A stretch of DNA of 64,000 nt from positions 3,216 through 67,215 of the forward strand of contig JAJYQY010000086.1 of assembly GCA_021794385.1 (NCBI GenBank), written 5' to 3'. This stretch comes from Pseudomonadota bacterium (GTDB taxonomy: Bacteria > Pseudomonadota > Gammaproteobacteria > Acidithiobacillales > Acidithiobacillaceae). The translations under genes and the position numbers were made by a program. This document shows, in pieces, positions 10,505 to 22,253 of the stretch. Under the pieces are notes generated by a model. It was given only the letters and a program-made list of their open reading frames with translations. It searched no databases and was not told the origin of the DNA. Every line of letters starts with the position of its first letter. The stretch's first letter is position 1.

Positions 10505-11987
10505 TGGACGGCACGTAAGCCAGCACCAGGAGCAACAGGGCCAGGGCCAAGAAGGGCCGCTCCCCCCAGCGCCCGAAGGGCGTCTGTCCGGCCATGGGCT
10601 GGATCTTGCCGTCGAGGGCACCCTCTACGAACTGCGGCAACTGCACCGCCACCCGACCCGAGGGGGTGATGAGGGCGGTGATACCGGTGTTGGTAGCGCG
10701 AACGTCCGGTTTTTGTTCCTCGCGCGCCTGCATGGCCGCCATCTGCAGACTCTGGGCGGCAGCGATGCTATGGCCATACCAGGCGTAGTCGCTGATGTTG
10801 ATGAGGAAATTGGCCCCCTGCACCACGCCCTTGCGTACATCCCGGGAGAAGGATTCTTCATAGCAGATACTCATCCCTGCCTGCTCTCCCCGGACCGGCA
10901 GCACCGACGCCCCCCGCCCCACCGTGAAGCTGCCGAGCCCGGGCATGAAGTCATGCACCAGGGGCGCCAACAGCCAGGGCAAGGGGATGTATTCGCCGAA
11001 GGGCACCAGATGCTGCTTGCGATACCAGCGCAGGGGCGCCAGCCCGTCGATCTCCAGGGCGGCGTTGTAATAATCCCTGCCCGCCACCTCGGGCATGCCG
11101 ATGATCAGGGTGGCGTGGTGAGCCGCCGACCAGCGGCGCAGGTTATCGATGAGATCCGGGATCTCCGTCTGAAAGACGGGAAAGGCAGTCTCCGGCAAGA
11201 CGACGAGTCGGGTCCCCGGCGGCGTGGCGGCGACGAGGGTGGCATAGCGCTCCAGGATGGCGTCGAGCTGGCCGGCATTCCACTTCTCGCTGATAGGGAC
11301 GTTGCCTTGCAGGAGCCGCACCGGTAGCGGTGCGCCGCTGGGATGGGTAAAGGAAGCCGTTGCCGCCGCCAGGGCCGCTCCATAGAGCGCGGCCAGGGCA
11401 GCGAAACCGGCGGTCACGGCTACGGGGCGGCGGCGCACCGCCAGGGCCGCAAGGATGGCCGCCACCGCCGCCGTCGCCAGCCCTACCCCGTATTGGCCCA
11501 GCCAGGGGGCGAAAGCGCCGAGGAATGCCCCCGTCTGGCTGTAGCCCGTAGCCAGCCAGGGGAATCCCGTGAGCAGGCGCGCCCGCAGCCATTCCCCCAG
11601 GACCCAGAGCACCGGCAGCGCCAGTAGCCGCGCACCGCCGCGGAAAAAGCGGGCCGCGAGCCAGAGGGCCAGGGCCGGATAGAGAGCACAATAAGCGGCG
11701 AGGAGGGCTACCAATGCCCCCGCCAGAAACCAGTCCATGTTGGCAAACTGGTGAAGAGTGATGGCGATCCAGTAGGTACCGGCGGCAAAGGCAGCAAAAC
11801 CGAAGGCATAGCCGCGTTGGGCCGCTACCCGGGGACTACTGTCATGCACCAGAAAAAATAGGGCCGCCAGGAGCGCAATGGCGAGGTATGACCAGCCAAA
11901 GGGGGAAAAAGCCAGAGGCCAGCATGCCCCCAACAAGAGGGCCAGCAGCAGTCCGATGCGCTGCCCAAGCGGACCGTCCAGCCTCAC
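10488..11987 (-). CDS. lnt: Apolipoprotein N-acyltransferase
   Basis: Multiple TM segments, LTGFPW, and catalytic motifs LPET, YRKQHLVPFGEY and ICYE. Follows corC. Confidence 0.95.
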   Translation of the reverse strand: MRLDGPLGQRIGLLLALLLGACWPLAFSPFGWSYLAIALLAALFFLVHDSSPRVAAQRGYAFGFAAFAAGTYWIAITLHQFANMDWFLAGALVALLAAYCALYPALALWLAARFFRGGARLLALPVLWVLGEWLRARLLTGFPWLATGYSQTGAFLGAFAPWLGQYGVGLATAAVAAILAALAVRRRPVAVTAGFAALAALYGAALAAATASFTHPSGAPLPVRLLQGNVPISEKWNAGQLDAILERYATLVAATPPGTRLVVLPETAFPVFQTEIPDLIDNLRRWSAAHHATLIIGMPEVAGRDYYNAALEIDGLAPLRWYRKQHLVPFGEYIPLPWLLAPLVHDFMPGLGSFTVGRGASVLPVRGEQAGMSICYEESFSRDVRKGVVQGANFLINISDYAWYGHSIAAAQSLQMAAMQAREEQKPDVRATNTGITALITPSGRVAVQLPQFVEGALDGKIQPMAGQTPFGRWGERPFLALALLLLVLAYVPSINRRR

Positions 11988-12850
11988 GCGGGAGCAACCG
12001 GCTGATCCTGCTCCTTGGCCCAGGAGAGCCGCAGGATCTGGACCCGCTTGCGGTCGGCGCGGAGGACTTCCAGACGCAGGGGGCCTTCCTGCAGGGTTTC
12101 TCCGGGACGCGGAACATGCCCCAGGCGCTTGGTCACCCAGCCGCCCAGGGTATCGATGTGGTCGTCTTCCAGTTGCACATGGAAATTGTGGTTGAATTCT
12201 TCCAGAGGAATCAGGGCGTTGACCAGATAGTCGCCATCCTCGCGAGGAACGATCATCACATCCTCGTCAATGTCGTATTCATCCTCGATCTCGCCGACGA
12301 TGATCTCCAGCACATCCTCGATGGTAATGAGCCCCGCCACCCCGCCATACTCATCGACGACGATGGCCATGTGGTGACGGCCGGTGCGGAATTCATAGAG
12401 GAGATGATTGAGATGCTTGCTTTCGGGAATGAAAGTCGCCGGACGCAGGAGTTCGGTGAGGCGGGGGGGGTTCTCTGCCCCGCCCTGGCAGGCCCGCAGC
12501 AGATCCTTGGCGAGGAGGATGCCGCGCACATCGTCGCGGTCGTTGCCCACCAGCGGAAAACGGGAGTGGCCTACCTCCACCACCCGCGCGATGATCTCCG
12601 GCAGGGGCGCGTCCATCTCGATGACTTCCATTTGTGCCCGGGGAATCATGGCATCGCGTACCGTGAGCTCGGCCATGCGGAAGATGCCATCGACCATGCG
12701 CGCGGCCTCGGCGTCGATGATCTGCCGCTCGCCCGCCTCCCGGATGAGCTCCAGGAGTCCATCCTGATCTTCAACATTACCGCGTAGGGACTGTGTAAAA
12801 CGCTCCCACCAAGTGCGGGGGCGTTCGGGACTACTTCGATCGTCATTCAT
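11984..12850 (-). CDS. corC: CBS-domain Mg/Co transport-associated protein CorC (YbeX)
   Basis: HSRFP and HMAIVVDEYGGVAGLITIEDVLEIIVGEIEDEYD. ATG at 12850 overlaps the ybeY end. Confidence 0.93.
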   Translation of the reverse strand: MNDDRSSPERPRTWWERFTQSLRGNVEDQDGLLELIREAGERQIIDAEAARMVDGIFRMAELTVRDAMIPRAQMEVIEMDAPLPEIIARVVEVGHSRFPLVGNDRDDVRGILLAKDLLRACQGGAENPPRLTELLRPATFIPESKHLNHLLYEFRTGRHHMAIVVDEYGGVAGLITIEDVLEIIVGEIEDEYDIDEDVMIVPREDGDYLVNALIPLEEFNHNFHVQLEDDHIDTLGGWVTKRLGHVPRPGETLQEGPLRLEVLRADRKRVQILRLSWAKEQDQPVAPA

Positions 12851-13349
12851 GGACGGCGGGTTGCACGTAAGGGTCGGCCACACCCATTTCAGCCAGAAAG
12901 CGGCATTCCAGCGCCTCCATCTCCGCTGCTTCCGCCTCGTTTTGGTGATCATAACCAAGGAGATGCAGAGTGCTGTGAATCAGGAGGTGACGGTAATGAT
13001 CCAGCAGCCCTTTGCCCTGCTCTGCGGCCTCCTGCGCCACCACGGCGGGCGCAATGGCCAGATCACCGAGGAGATCGCGGCGGAAGATCGCAGGCAGCGG
13101 CGGCTGCGGGAAGGAGAGACAATTGGTGGGGGCATCCTTGCCCCGAAAAGCGGCATTGAGGGCCGCCATTTCGGCATTGTCCACAAAGCGTAGCGAAATT
13201 TCCGCACAGCGGCTTGCGTCCATCCGCGCTGAAGGGGCCTGCAGCGCCGCCAGGATGGCCCGCCGCGCCTGCCTTCGGGAGGGCAAAGGCACGTCCTCCC
13301 GGATAGCATCGCTGCTGATGTGCAGGATCAAGGTCGGGCGCGCCCTCAC
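12843..13349 (-). CDS. ybeY: rRNA maturation endoribonuclease YbeY
   Basis: LNAAFRGKDAPTNCLSFP and HSTLHLLGYDH motifs. Conserved operon position. Confidence 0.94.
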   Translation of the reverse strand: MRARPTLILHISSDAIREDVPLPSRRQARRAILAALQAPSARMDASRCAEISLRFVDNAEMAALNAAFRGKDAPTNCLSFPQPPLPAIFRRDLLGDLAIAPAVVAQEAAEQGKGLLDHYRHLLIHSTLHLLGYDHQNEAEAAEMEALECRFLAEMGVADPYVQPAVHE

Positions 13350-14314
13350 CGTTTCTCTCCCAGGCGATCATAGGCCTCGACGATGCGCGCCACCAGGGGA
13401 TGGCGGACCACATCGGCACTCTGGAAAAAGATCATGTCGACCCCCTGCACCCCCTGCAATACCTCGATGGCCTGCACCAGACCGGAAAGCTGGCCGCGGG
13501 GCAGGTCCACCTGGGTCACATCACCGGTGACCACGGCCTTGGCGCCAAAGCCGATCCGGGTGAGGAACATCTTCATCTGCTCCGGCGTGGTGTTCTGCGC
13601 CTCGTCGAGGATGATGAAGGCATCATTGAGGGTGCGACCGCGCATGTAGGCCAGGGGCGCCACCTCGATGACCTGGCGCTCGATGAGCTTGGCCACCTTT
13701 TCAAAGCCCATCATCTCATAGAGGGCGTCATAAAGGGGCCGCAGATAGGGGTCCACCTTCTCGCTCAGGGTGCCGGGCAAAAAGCCCAGGCGCTCCCCCG
13801 CTTCCACCGCCGGCCGCACCAGGACCAGGCGGCGGATATGATTCTGCTCCATCTGCTCGACGGCGGCGGCCACGGCGAGATAGGTCTTGCCGGTCCCCGC
13901 CGGGCCGATGCCGAAGGTCAGGTCATTGTTGCGAATGGACTGCAGATACTGGCGTTGGCGCAAACCGCGGCCACCCACCAGGCCCTTGAGGGTCTGAATG
14001 CCCGCCACCGCCGATTCTGCGGCGCCCGGCTCCGCTTCCAGCCGCACCCCCTGGATGCTGTGATGAACGAAATGCGGGCTGATATGACGCCCCTGGCGAA
14101 TCTGCGCGTAGAGCCCGCTCAGCACCCCTTCGGCAGCCCGCACGGCCGGCTCCGGGCCGGTAATGTGAAAACGGTCGCCCCGCGGCAGGATCACCACTCC
14201 CAGGCGCGATTCGATCTGCTTGATATGGTTGTCCAGTTCTCCGGAGAGTTCGGCCAGCATGCTGGCGCTGGCGCCATCCGCGACGAATTCGCCGTGGACG
14301 TTACGCTCGGGCAT
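13346..14314 (-). CDS. ybeZ: PhoH-family ATPase (YbeZ)
   Basis: [23 protein letters not shown] and LAYMRGRTL motifs. Start set at ATG 14314. Confidence 0.93.
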   Translation of the reverse strand: MPERNVHGEFVADGASASMLAELSGELDNHIKQIESRLGVVILPRGDRFHITGPEPAVRAAEGVLSGLYAQIRQGRHISPHFVHHSIQGVRLEAEPGAAESAVAGIQTLKGLVGGRGLRQRQYLQSIRNNDLTFGIGPAGTGKTYLAVAAAVEQMEQNHIRRLVLVRPAVEAGERLGFLPGTLSEKVDPYLRPLYDALYEMMGFEKVAKLIERQVIEVAPLAYMRGRTLNDAFIILDEAQNTTPEQMKMFLTRIGFGAKAVVTGDVTQVDLPRGQLSGLVQAIEVLQGVQGVDMIFFQSADVVRHPLVARIVEAYDRLGEKR

Positions 14315-14340
14315 GGGAGGATCCCCCCGGCTCCACGGCA

Positions 14341-15729
<1,389 letters not shown>

Positions 15730-15759
15730 AGGGCCACCCCCCCGCCTTGACAAGGGCAG

Positions 15760-15794
15760 CTCGAAAAACGGCAAATGGGCCGCCGTTTTTCGAG
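15760..15794 (-). terminator. Strong hairpin, likely intrinsic terminator
   Basis: 13-bp perfect inverted repeat CTCGAAAAACGGC/GCCGTTTTTCGAG just after the stop of the lipoprotein gene. Confidence 0.6.
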
Positions 15795-15811
15795 ACCGCC
15801 GGCAAAGGAGA

Positions 15812-16210
15812 TCATCCCTGGCCCAGCGCCCCTTTCACATAGCCATGGAAGATCGCGTCATCCTTTTCGCTGCCCAGAATCCCGAAGCGGCTGGTCACGG
15901 CGGTGACCGCCAACCCCTTTCTGGCCACTGTGACATCCACCAGCATGTGGCCCTGGCGGGCATGAATGACGGTCGTATCCGCCCCTTCGGTATCCACTTT
16001 CAGGACGACGCATTGCATGCGGGCCAGGGCCGTCTGCACCGCGTTCAAGGTGGGCGTAAAGGCACTCGGATAGTATTGCGTGGTCTGCCCGGCATAGACA
16101 CCCGCGGCCCCCGCTCCGACCGCACCTCCCGCCACCAATGCGGCACAGCCGGCGAGGCTGAGCGTGAACAACGTCACAACGGCAAGCAAGACAGCAGTAA
16201 GACTTTTCAT
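15812..16210 (-). CDS. Lipoprotein (DUF3568-like)
   Basis: Signal peptide with lipobox LAGC, followed by Gly/Ala-rich [15 protein letters not shown]. Confidence 0.75.
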   Translation of the reverse strand: MKSLTAVLLAVVTLFTLSLAGCAALVAGGAVGAGAAGVYAGQTTQYYPSAFTPTLNAVQTALARMQCVVLKVDTEGADTTVIHARQGHMLVDVTVARKGLAVTAVTSRFGILGSEKDDAIFHGYVKGALGQG

Positions 16211-16405
16211 TGGCTTCCCCAACGGACGATGTTGGACAGTATAACGCATCCCTGCCGGTGGCAGGTAATCCGTCGGATCAATGAGGATGGGGGGGCAGAA
16301 AAGGGAAATGGGCAGGCCTGGCCTGCCTGCCCGGTATTGCCCGTTCGCCTAACGATCATGGCGCTTGGCGCCACCCGGCAGCATGAAACCAAAACCTATC
16401 TGAAA

Positions 16406-16468
16406 GCCCATGGCCGCGACCCCCGCGCCGTGCGCGACCAGTAAATCGCGGCCATGGGCCGCTCCTAC
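16406..16468. repeat. GTAG-type REP pair with the left copy truncated
   Basis: GCCCATGGCCGCGA (16406-16419) and TCGCGGCCATGGGCCGCTCCTAC (16446-16468). Same unit as at 62753-62845. Confidence 0.8.
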
Positions 16469-16542
16469 TATTTACTATTTGGCGTAGGCAGCCGAATCAT
16501 TAGTTTGTTTCACGCTAAACGGCAGTTGCCGGGCCGTTGGGA

Positions 16543-16851
16543 TCAGTCGCTGTTGGGGCCTTCCACGGAGTTTTCCAGCACCCGGCCGCTGACGGCGTCG
16601 ATCCCCACTTCGTGGGTCACGGCTCCCTGGCGGATATCAAAGGAATAGCGCAGGCCGCTGCCGCCCTTTTCCTTTTCCAGTTCTTCCTTGACGATCTTGC
16701 CCGGGAAGACCTTGGTAGCGGCCTGCCGCGCCTGGGGCAAGGTGACCTTGGCGTCCTTGGCATACTGTTCGCCGGTGAAGGCCCAGGCGCTGCTCGTGAC
16801 CAGGGCCAAGGCACCGGCAACAATGCCGAATATCCAGATTGACTTTTTCAT
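16543..16851 (-). CDS. Secreted PepSY-domain protein
   Basis: Signal peptide MKKSIW...SSAWA, then AKVTLPQARQAA...PGKIVKEELEKE...YSFDI...HEVGIDAVSGRVL. The 321-aa ORF in the track is over-extended. Confidence 0.85.
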   Translation of the reverse strand: MKKSIWIFGIVAGALALVTSSAWAFTGEQYAKDAKVTLPQARQAATKVFPGKIVKEELEKEKGGSGLRYSFDIRQGAVTHEVGIDAVSGRVLENSVEGPNSD

Positions 16852-16912
16852 GATGATTCCCTCTTGTCGCAAAGACCCCGCAAATTCGGGATGAGGCCAT
16901 CTTGCGCCGGCT

Positions 16913-16931
16913 ACCTTAACAGAACCTGAAG
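16913..16931 (-). promoter_or_regulatory. Possible OmpR-family (PmrA/QseB-like) direct-repeat box upstream of the PepSY gene
   Basis: Minus strand reads CTTCAGGT-TCT-GTTAAGGT, an 11-bp period resembling YTTAAK-N5-YTTAAK. Confidence 0.4.
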
Positions 16932-16972
16932 AGATCATTATCCGGCGACATGGGCTGGACCCAGCATTTTCC

Positions 16973-18703
16973 TCAGCATACCTTGACCTGCAACAGTTCC
17001 TTTCCCGCCGGGTCCACCAGATGCACGGCGCAAGCGATGCAGGGGTCGAAGCTGTGGATGGTGCGGAGGATCTCCAGGGGTTGGGCGGGGTCCGGGAGTT
17101 CGGTGCCTTTGAGCGCCGCCTCGTAGGGACCGTCCTGTCCGGCGGCGTCCCGCGGGCCGGCATTCCAAGTGCTGGGCACCACTGCCTGGTAGTTGTCGAT
17201 GAGGCCGTCCTTGATGACCACCCAATGGGCGAGGGCGCCGCGGGGCGCCTCGGTGAAGCCCACACCGCGGGCCTCGGCGGGCCAGGTGGATGGCTCCCAG
17301 CGGGCCGGGTTGAAGGTTTCGAGCTGGCCGGCGCGGATGTTGGCCATGAGCTGGTCATACCAGCCTTGCATGGCGTCGGCGATGATCTTGCTCTCCAGGG
17401 TGCGGGCGGCGGTCCGGCCCATGGTGGAAAAGAGGGCCTGGACGGGGAGGTCCAGCTTGCGCAGGGTGGCCTCCACCAGGGCGCGGGTCTGCTGGTGGCC
17501 GCTGGCATAGAGCACCAGCACCCGGGCCAGGGGACCCACCTCCATCACCTTGCCCTGCCAACGCGGCGACTTGATCCAGGAATAGCTGGCAGCGGTGTCC
17601 AGGTGCTCGTAAGGTGGTTTCGGCCCCGTATAGTCCAGGTGGGTCTGCCCCACGAAGGGATGGAGGCCCTGGTCCTTGCCCACAGTGTAGGAATACCAGG
17701 AATGGCCGACGAACTCCTGGACCTGGTCGGGGGCGCGCAGGTCCAGGGGATGCACGCTGGAGAGGTCCCGGTTCAGGATGATTCCGCGGGGGATCATGAG
17801 GCCGCCCAGGTCTTCCATGTCCTTGCTCGGAAATTCCCCATAGGCCATGAAGTTACCCACCCCCTCGCCCTTGCTGAACCAGTCCTTGTAAAAGCCGGCG
17901 ATGGCCAGGGTGTCGGGCAGGTAGACCTGATCCACGAAGCTGCGGATCTCGCGGATCACGTTTTGAACGATCTCCAGGCCGGTCATGTTGACGGCGGTGG
18001 CCCCGGCGCCTGCCGCCACGCTGATGGCTGCGGGGGCGCCGCCCACCACGAAGTTGGGGTGGGGGTTTTTGCCGCCGAATATCGCATGGAGTTTGGCCAC
18101 CTCCCGCTGCCAGGTCAAGGCATCCAGGTAATGGGCCAGCGCCATCAAGTTGGCCTCCGGCGGCAGCTTGTAGGCGGGGCTGCCCCAGTAACCGTTGGCA
18201 AAGATGCCGAGCTGGCCGGAGGCGACGAAACGGGCGAACTTGTCCTTCACCTCCGCGAAGTAGCCGGGCGAGGAGCGCGGGTAATTGCTCAGGGACTGGG
18301 CCAGTGCGGCCGTTTTGGCCGGATCCGCCTGGAGGGCCGAAAGCACGTCCACCCAGTCCAGGGCATGCAGTTGATAGAAATGCATCACATGATCGTGGAC
18401 GAACTGGGCGGCGATCATGAGGTTGCGGATGAGCTGGGCGTTCTGGGGAATGGGGTAATGCAGCGCGTCTTCCACCGCCCGCACCGAGGCGATGCCGTGC
18501 ACCAGGGTGCAGACCCCGCAGATGCGCTGGGCGAAGGCCCAGGCGTCGCGCGGGTCGCGGCCCTGGAGGATGATCTCAAGGCCGCGCACCATGGTCCCCG
18601 AGCTGGAAGCGCCGGTAATGACACCGTCCCTGACTTCGGCCTCGATGCGCAGGTGCCCCTCGATGCGGGTGACGGGATCGACGACGACGGTTTGCTTGCT
18701 CAT
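16973..18703 (-). CDS. hynL: Group 1 [NiFe]-hydrogenase large subunit
   Basis: DPVTRIEGH, L1 motif QRICGVC, and L2 motif SFDPCIACAVH followed by a cleavable tail. ATG at 18703. Confidence 0.95.
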   Translation of the reverse strand: MSKQTVVVDPVTRIEGHLRIEAEVRDGVITGASSSGTMVRGLEIILQGRDPRDAWAFAQRICGVCTLVHGIASVRAVEDALHYPIPQNAQLIRNLMIAAQFVHDHVMHFYQLHALDWVDVLSALQADPAKTAALAQSLSNYPRSSPGYFAEVKDKFARFVASGQLGIFANGYWGSPAYKLPPEANLMALAHYLDALTWQREVAKLHAIFGGKNPHPNFVVGGAPAAISVAAGAGATAVNMTGLEIVQNVIREIRSFVDQVYLPDTLAIAGFYKDWFSKGEGVGNFMAYGEFPSKDMEDLGGLMIPRGIILNRDLSSVHPLDLRAPDQVQEFVGHSWYSYTVGKDQGLHPFVGQTHLDYTGPKPPYEHLDTAASYSWIKSPRWQGKVMEVGPLARVLVLYASGHQQTRALVEATLRKLDLPVQALFSTMGRTAARTLESKIIADAMQGWYDQLMANIRAGQLETFNPARWEPSTWPAEARGVGFTEAPRGALAHWVVIKDGLIDNYQAVVPSTWNAGPRDAAGQDGPYEAALKGTELPDPAQPLEILRTIHSFDPCIACAVHLVDPAGKELLQVKVC

Positions 18704-20067
18704 GAATTCCCCTGCTCCGTGACGAGATGGTCGGCCACCAGTTCCAGCAGGCTTTGGGCCGTCTTGTCCCAATGGAAATGGGCCTGGCCGTCGTCGAAGG
18801 TCTGACGGCAGTTGGAGCAGCTCGACACCAGCATCTCCGCCCCTGTGTCCTCCACCTGCCGCATCTTGATCTGGTAAGTCTTGTAACGCAGGGGGTCGGC
18901 CCGGTGGATGGTCACCACCCCGCCGCCGCCCCCGCAGCACCAGTTGTAGGCACCATGTTCGTCCATCTCCCGCAACTCCACCCCGAGGGCGCGCAATACC
19001 TCCCGGGGCGCCTCATTAACGCCGCCCCGGCGCACGATCTGACAGGGGTCGTGGAAAGTGGCCGAACTCTGCAAGGGTTGGAGCCCCAGCCTGCCCTGGC
19101 GGATCCCTTCGGCCAGGTACTCGGTGATCTGCAGCACCTGGAAGGGCAGGGACCTGCCGTAGAGGTTGGCGCCCTGCCAGCGCAGGGCCTGGTAGGCGTG
19201 CCCGCACTCGGGAAGGATGAGGGTCTTGGCGCCTACCGCGATGGCGGCCTCGATGAGCTTGAGGCTCGCCTCCCGCTGACCTTGCCGGTCGCCGGCGAAC
19301 ATGCTGAAGTTGGTGGCCTCGTAGCCGTCGCTGCGGAAGGTCCAGGACTCGCCCATCCGGCCCATGATCCTGGCCAGGGCGACGATGGACTGGGGATATT
19401 TCATGATCTCGATGGAGGAGATGGTCATAAGGACGTCCGCCTGACTGCGGTCCAGGGGGATCTCCACGCCGTGCTCGTCTTCCAGCCAGGCAATGCGATC
19501 CTTGAGGACCGCCGGGGTGGCGCCCAGGGGGCTTCCTTCCCGTTGGGCGCGCTGCACCGTCGCCCAGAGTTCGTGGGGCACCAGTCCGGCCGCTGCCATG
19601 CCGTGCCGGGCCAGACCCACGAGGCTGGCGATGTCGATGCCCATGGGGCAGACCATGGTGCAGCGCCCGCATTGGGTGCAACTGTCGTAGATCAGCTCCT
19701 GCCATTCCTCCAGCTCTTGCACGGTGACCCGGCGCTTGAGCTTGAACAGGCGGAAAAAGGGCGCAAAAGGCCCTATCTCGCGCTTGTAGGCCTGCTTGAA
19801 GGGTTCCAGCTTCCAGATGGGGGTGTACTTGGGGTCACCGGTCTGCACATAGTACTGACAGACCTCGGCGCACTGGCCGCAGTGCACGCAGGATTCCATA
19901 TAGAGGGCGGCGGTGCTGCCGAAGTCATGGACGAAGCCCCGCATGGCCCGGTCGAGCCGCTCGGCGTCGTCCATCTCCCCCTGTTTGTCGTAGCGCTGCT
20001 CGGGCTTTTTGACGCTCAGGCGGGGCTGATCCAGTTCCGGGGGGAACTCCGTTTCCGCGCCGGTCAT
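18700..20067 (-). CDS. isp2: Isp2, an HdrD/DsrK-like Fe-S protein (ferredoxin plus CCG domains)
   Basis: CVHCGQCAEVC, CTQCGRCTMVCP, HDPC and WCCGGGGG. Lies between the hydrogenase subunits. Confidence 0.88.
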   Translation of the reverse strand: MTGAETEFPPELDQPRLSVKKPEQRYDKQGEMDDAERLDRAMRGFVHDFGSTAALYMESCVHCGQCAEVCQYYVQTGDPKYTPIWKLEPFKQAYKREIGPFAPFFRLFKLKRRVTVQELEEWQELIYDSCTQCGRCTMVCPMGIDIASLVGLARHGMAAAGLVPHELWATVQRAQREGSPLGATPAVLKDRIAWLEDEHGVEIPLDRSQADVLMTISSIEIMKYPQSIVALARIMGRMGESWTFRSDGYEATNFSMFAGDRQGQREASLKLIEAAIAVGAKTLILPECGHAYQALRWQGANLYGRSLPFQVLQITEYLAEGIRQGRLGLQPLQSSATFHDPCQIVRRGGVNEAPREVLRALGVELREMDEHGAYNWCCGGGGGVVTIHRADPLRYKTYQIKMRQVEDTGAEMLVSSCSNCRQTFDDGQAHFHWDKTAQSLLELVADHLVTEQGNS

Positions 20068-20729
20068 ATCCGGGCTCCCCGGCGGCTATAGACCGCCCCG
20101 GTGACGCCGCGAGAGAAGAGAAAGAACACGGTATGGGCGAGTTTGCTGAAGGGCAGCCACGCCAGCAGGAGTTCCGCGCTCAGCATGTGCAGACCCAGCA
20201 GATCCTCGTAACGGCCGCCCAGATGGTAATAGGCCATGAGCCCCGTGAGCAGCGGCGTGAAGACCAGCAGCCAACTGAAGTAGTCGTCGAAATTGGAGAT
20301 CTGCCGCAACACCGGGTGGGTGACCCGGTGGGCGAGGAGGGCAAGGAGGCTGATCAGGGCGGCGCCGGCGGCAAAGGTGATCACACCGTCCGGCAACCCC
20401 GGCCAGGACAGGCCCGTGATGTCGCGGATGAGGAGGATGTGGGGTACCAGGCCCAGGATCACCACCGCCAAGCCGATGTGGAAGATGTAGCTCACTGCCT
20501 CCCAGTGCAGAATGCGGGGCCGGAACTCCCGGCGCGGCCACATGCGGGTGAAGATGGTCTTGACACCCCCCAGCCACGCATGGCGCACCCGTGGCTCCGA
20601 AAGGTCACGGGTGCGGGGCAGGGCCAGCACTCCGACGAGCCGCCAGAAGATGCCGAAAACCAGAATGATCAGCGCAGCCTCCAAGGCGGGGCCGCGGGCG
20701 AAATCCAGCAGGTTTGTCTCAGCGCTCAT
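20064..20729 (-). CDS. isp1: Isp1, a NarI/DsrM-like heme b membrane protein
   Basis: Five hydrophobic helices with His ligands (FHIG, PHI, LHML, PFSKLAH). Confidence 0.87.
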   Translation of the reverse strand: MSAETNLLDFARGPALEAALIILVFGIFWRLVGVLALPRTRDLSEPRVRHAWLGGVKTIFTRMWPRREFRPRILHWEAVSYIFHIGLAVVILGLVPHILLIRDITGLSWPGLPDGVITFAAGAALISLLALLAHRVTHPVLRQISNFDDYFSWLLVFTPLLTGLMAYYHLGGRYEDLLGLHMLSAELLLAWLPFSKLAHTVFFLFSRGVTGAVYSRRGARI

Positions 20730-21831
20730 GGGGATCCTCCTTTGGGGGCGGGCTGCCCGCCTCTTTGGCGGTTTTGGCGGCGCTTGTTTTCTGGTGGGAG
20801 CGGGCCAGCGCCGCCATTCCCGCCCCGACCACCACGCCGCCCAGGGCTGCGGCGCCCAATACCTCCCCCCGCGGCCAATGGCCGGTGGCCGCCGATAGGG
20901 GCCGGTAAAATCCGCCCTTGTCCCAGAAATCCGGCTCCGAGCAGCCCAGGCAACCGTGGCCGGACTGGATGGGGAAGCTGGTCCCCTGGTTCCATTTCAG
21001 GGTGGCACAGGCGTTGTAGGTCACCGGACCCTTGCAGCCCAGTTCGTAGAGGCACCAGCCGTTGCGCGCCCCCTCATCGTCGAAGGTATGGGCAAAACGG
21101 CCTTCGTCATAGAAGGGTCGGCGGTAGCAGCGGTCGTGGATGGAATTGCCATAGAAGGCCAGCGGCCGCCCCTGGTGGTCCAGGGCGGGCATCCCGAAGC
21201 TCAGGTAATAGACGACGACCCCGGTCATCACCTCGGGGATGGGCGGACAGCCGGAGACGTTGATGACCGGGCGATCGCGGATGACCTCCGAGACCGGCAC
21301 CGCCCCGGTGGGGTTGGGGGCGGCGTAAGGGATGCCGCCGAAGGCGGCGCAGGTCCCTACGGCGATGATGGCCGCCGCCCCCTGGGCGGCATGGCGCAGA
21401 TCGTCAACGGCGCTTTGGCCGGCCGCCACGCAGTAGGCGCCGCCCGCCCCCATGGGTACGGCCCCGTCCACGATGAGGATGTATTTCCCCCAGGCTTGGC
21501 GCATGGCCTCTTTTCTGGCGGCCTCCGCAGCTTCGCCGGCAGCCGCCTGAAGGGTGTCATTGAAGGCCAGCGAGATGTTGTTGAAAATCAGGTGTTCTAT
21601 GGTGGGCGAGAAGGAACGGGTCATGGATTCCAGGCAGGCGGTGCATTCCTGGTAGGAGAGGTAAATCACCGTGGGCCTGGGGGTACGGGCGAGCGTTTCG
21701 GCCATGGCCGTGGCGGCGGCTGGCGGCAAGGCCAGCAGGGACGCCGTGGCGGCGCAGAACTTGAGGAAGGCCCGGCGGCTCAGGCCCCCTCGCCGGAAGG
21801 CGTCGAGAACGGTTTCTTCCAATTCTCCCAT
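20719..21831 (-). CDS. hynS: [NiFe]-hydrogenase small subunit (Tat-exported, C-terminal anchor)
   Basis: SRRAFLK Tat motif, ECTAC, GCPP, HDRCYRR, CLYELGCKGP and HGCLGCSE. Confidence 0.95.
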   Translation of the reverse strand: MGELEETVLDAFRRGGLSRRAFLKFCAATASLLALPPAAATAMAETLARTPRPTVIYLSYQECTACLESMTRSFSPTIEHLIFNNISLAFNDTLQAAAGEAAEAARKEAMRQAWGKYILIVDGAVPMGAGGAYCVAAGQSAVDDLRHAAQGAAAIIAVGTCAAFGGIPYAAPNPTGAVPVSEVIRDRPVINVSGCPPIPEVMTGVVVYYLSFGMPALDHQGRPLAFYGNSIHDRCYRRPFYDEGRFAHTFDDEGARNGWCLYELGCKGPVTYNACATLKWNQGTSFPIQSGHGCLGCSEPDFWDKGGFYRPLSAATGHWPRGEVLGAAALGGVVVGAGMAALARSHQKTSAAKTAKEAGSPPPKEDPHER

Positions 21832-22253
21832 CAGTGCCCCCCTGGTTCACGAGAAGCCATACGCTCCTGCAGCCCCTGTAGTCCCATCGCGATGTCTGCC
21901 GGGTGGGCCGGGATGATCTCCGGTACCCGGCATATCGCCAAGGACTCCGTCAGCAGGACTCCGTCTTCACTGCGGTGGCATACCCACCAGACCCCCGGGA
22001 CCCCGGTCTCCTCGATGTGAGAGTTCCCCAGCGTGTCGAGATCCACCCGAACCTCCCCTGTACCCAGCGCTTCCCGCAGCAGGTCCCGGTCGGCGGGCGA
22101 CAGGGGGAGGGCGCTGAGGTCGATGCAGTATTCGCGCCCCGTCCGTAGCAAGGTATCGAGGGCCGCGGCGATCTCGTGCAGCAAGGCCGGTGCATTGCCG
22201 GCTACGTCGCTCGCGGGCGCCGGACGGATGGGAATGGCATCAATGGGCTTCAT
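21831..22253 (-). CDS. Hydrogenase expression/formation protein (HupH/HyaF C-terminal-like)
   Basis: IDLSALPLSPAD...LGTGEV...IEETGVPGVW pattern, in the hydrogenase operon. Confidence 0.8.
   Translation of the reverse strand: MKPIDAIPIRPAPASDVAGNAPALLHEIAAALDTLLRTGREYCIDLSALPLSPADRDLLREALGTGEVRVDLDTLGNSHIEETGVPGVWWVCHRSEDGVLLTESLAICRVPEIIPAHPADIAMGLQGLQERMASREPGGH

Noticed and set aside
16973-17060. Selenocysteine-containing [NiFeSe] hydrogenase
   Set aside because: The L2 motif is DPCIAC with ordinary Cys codons and no in-frame TGA.
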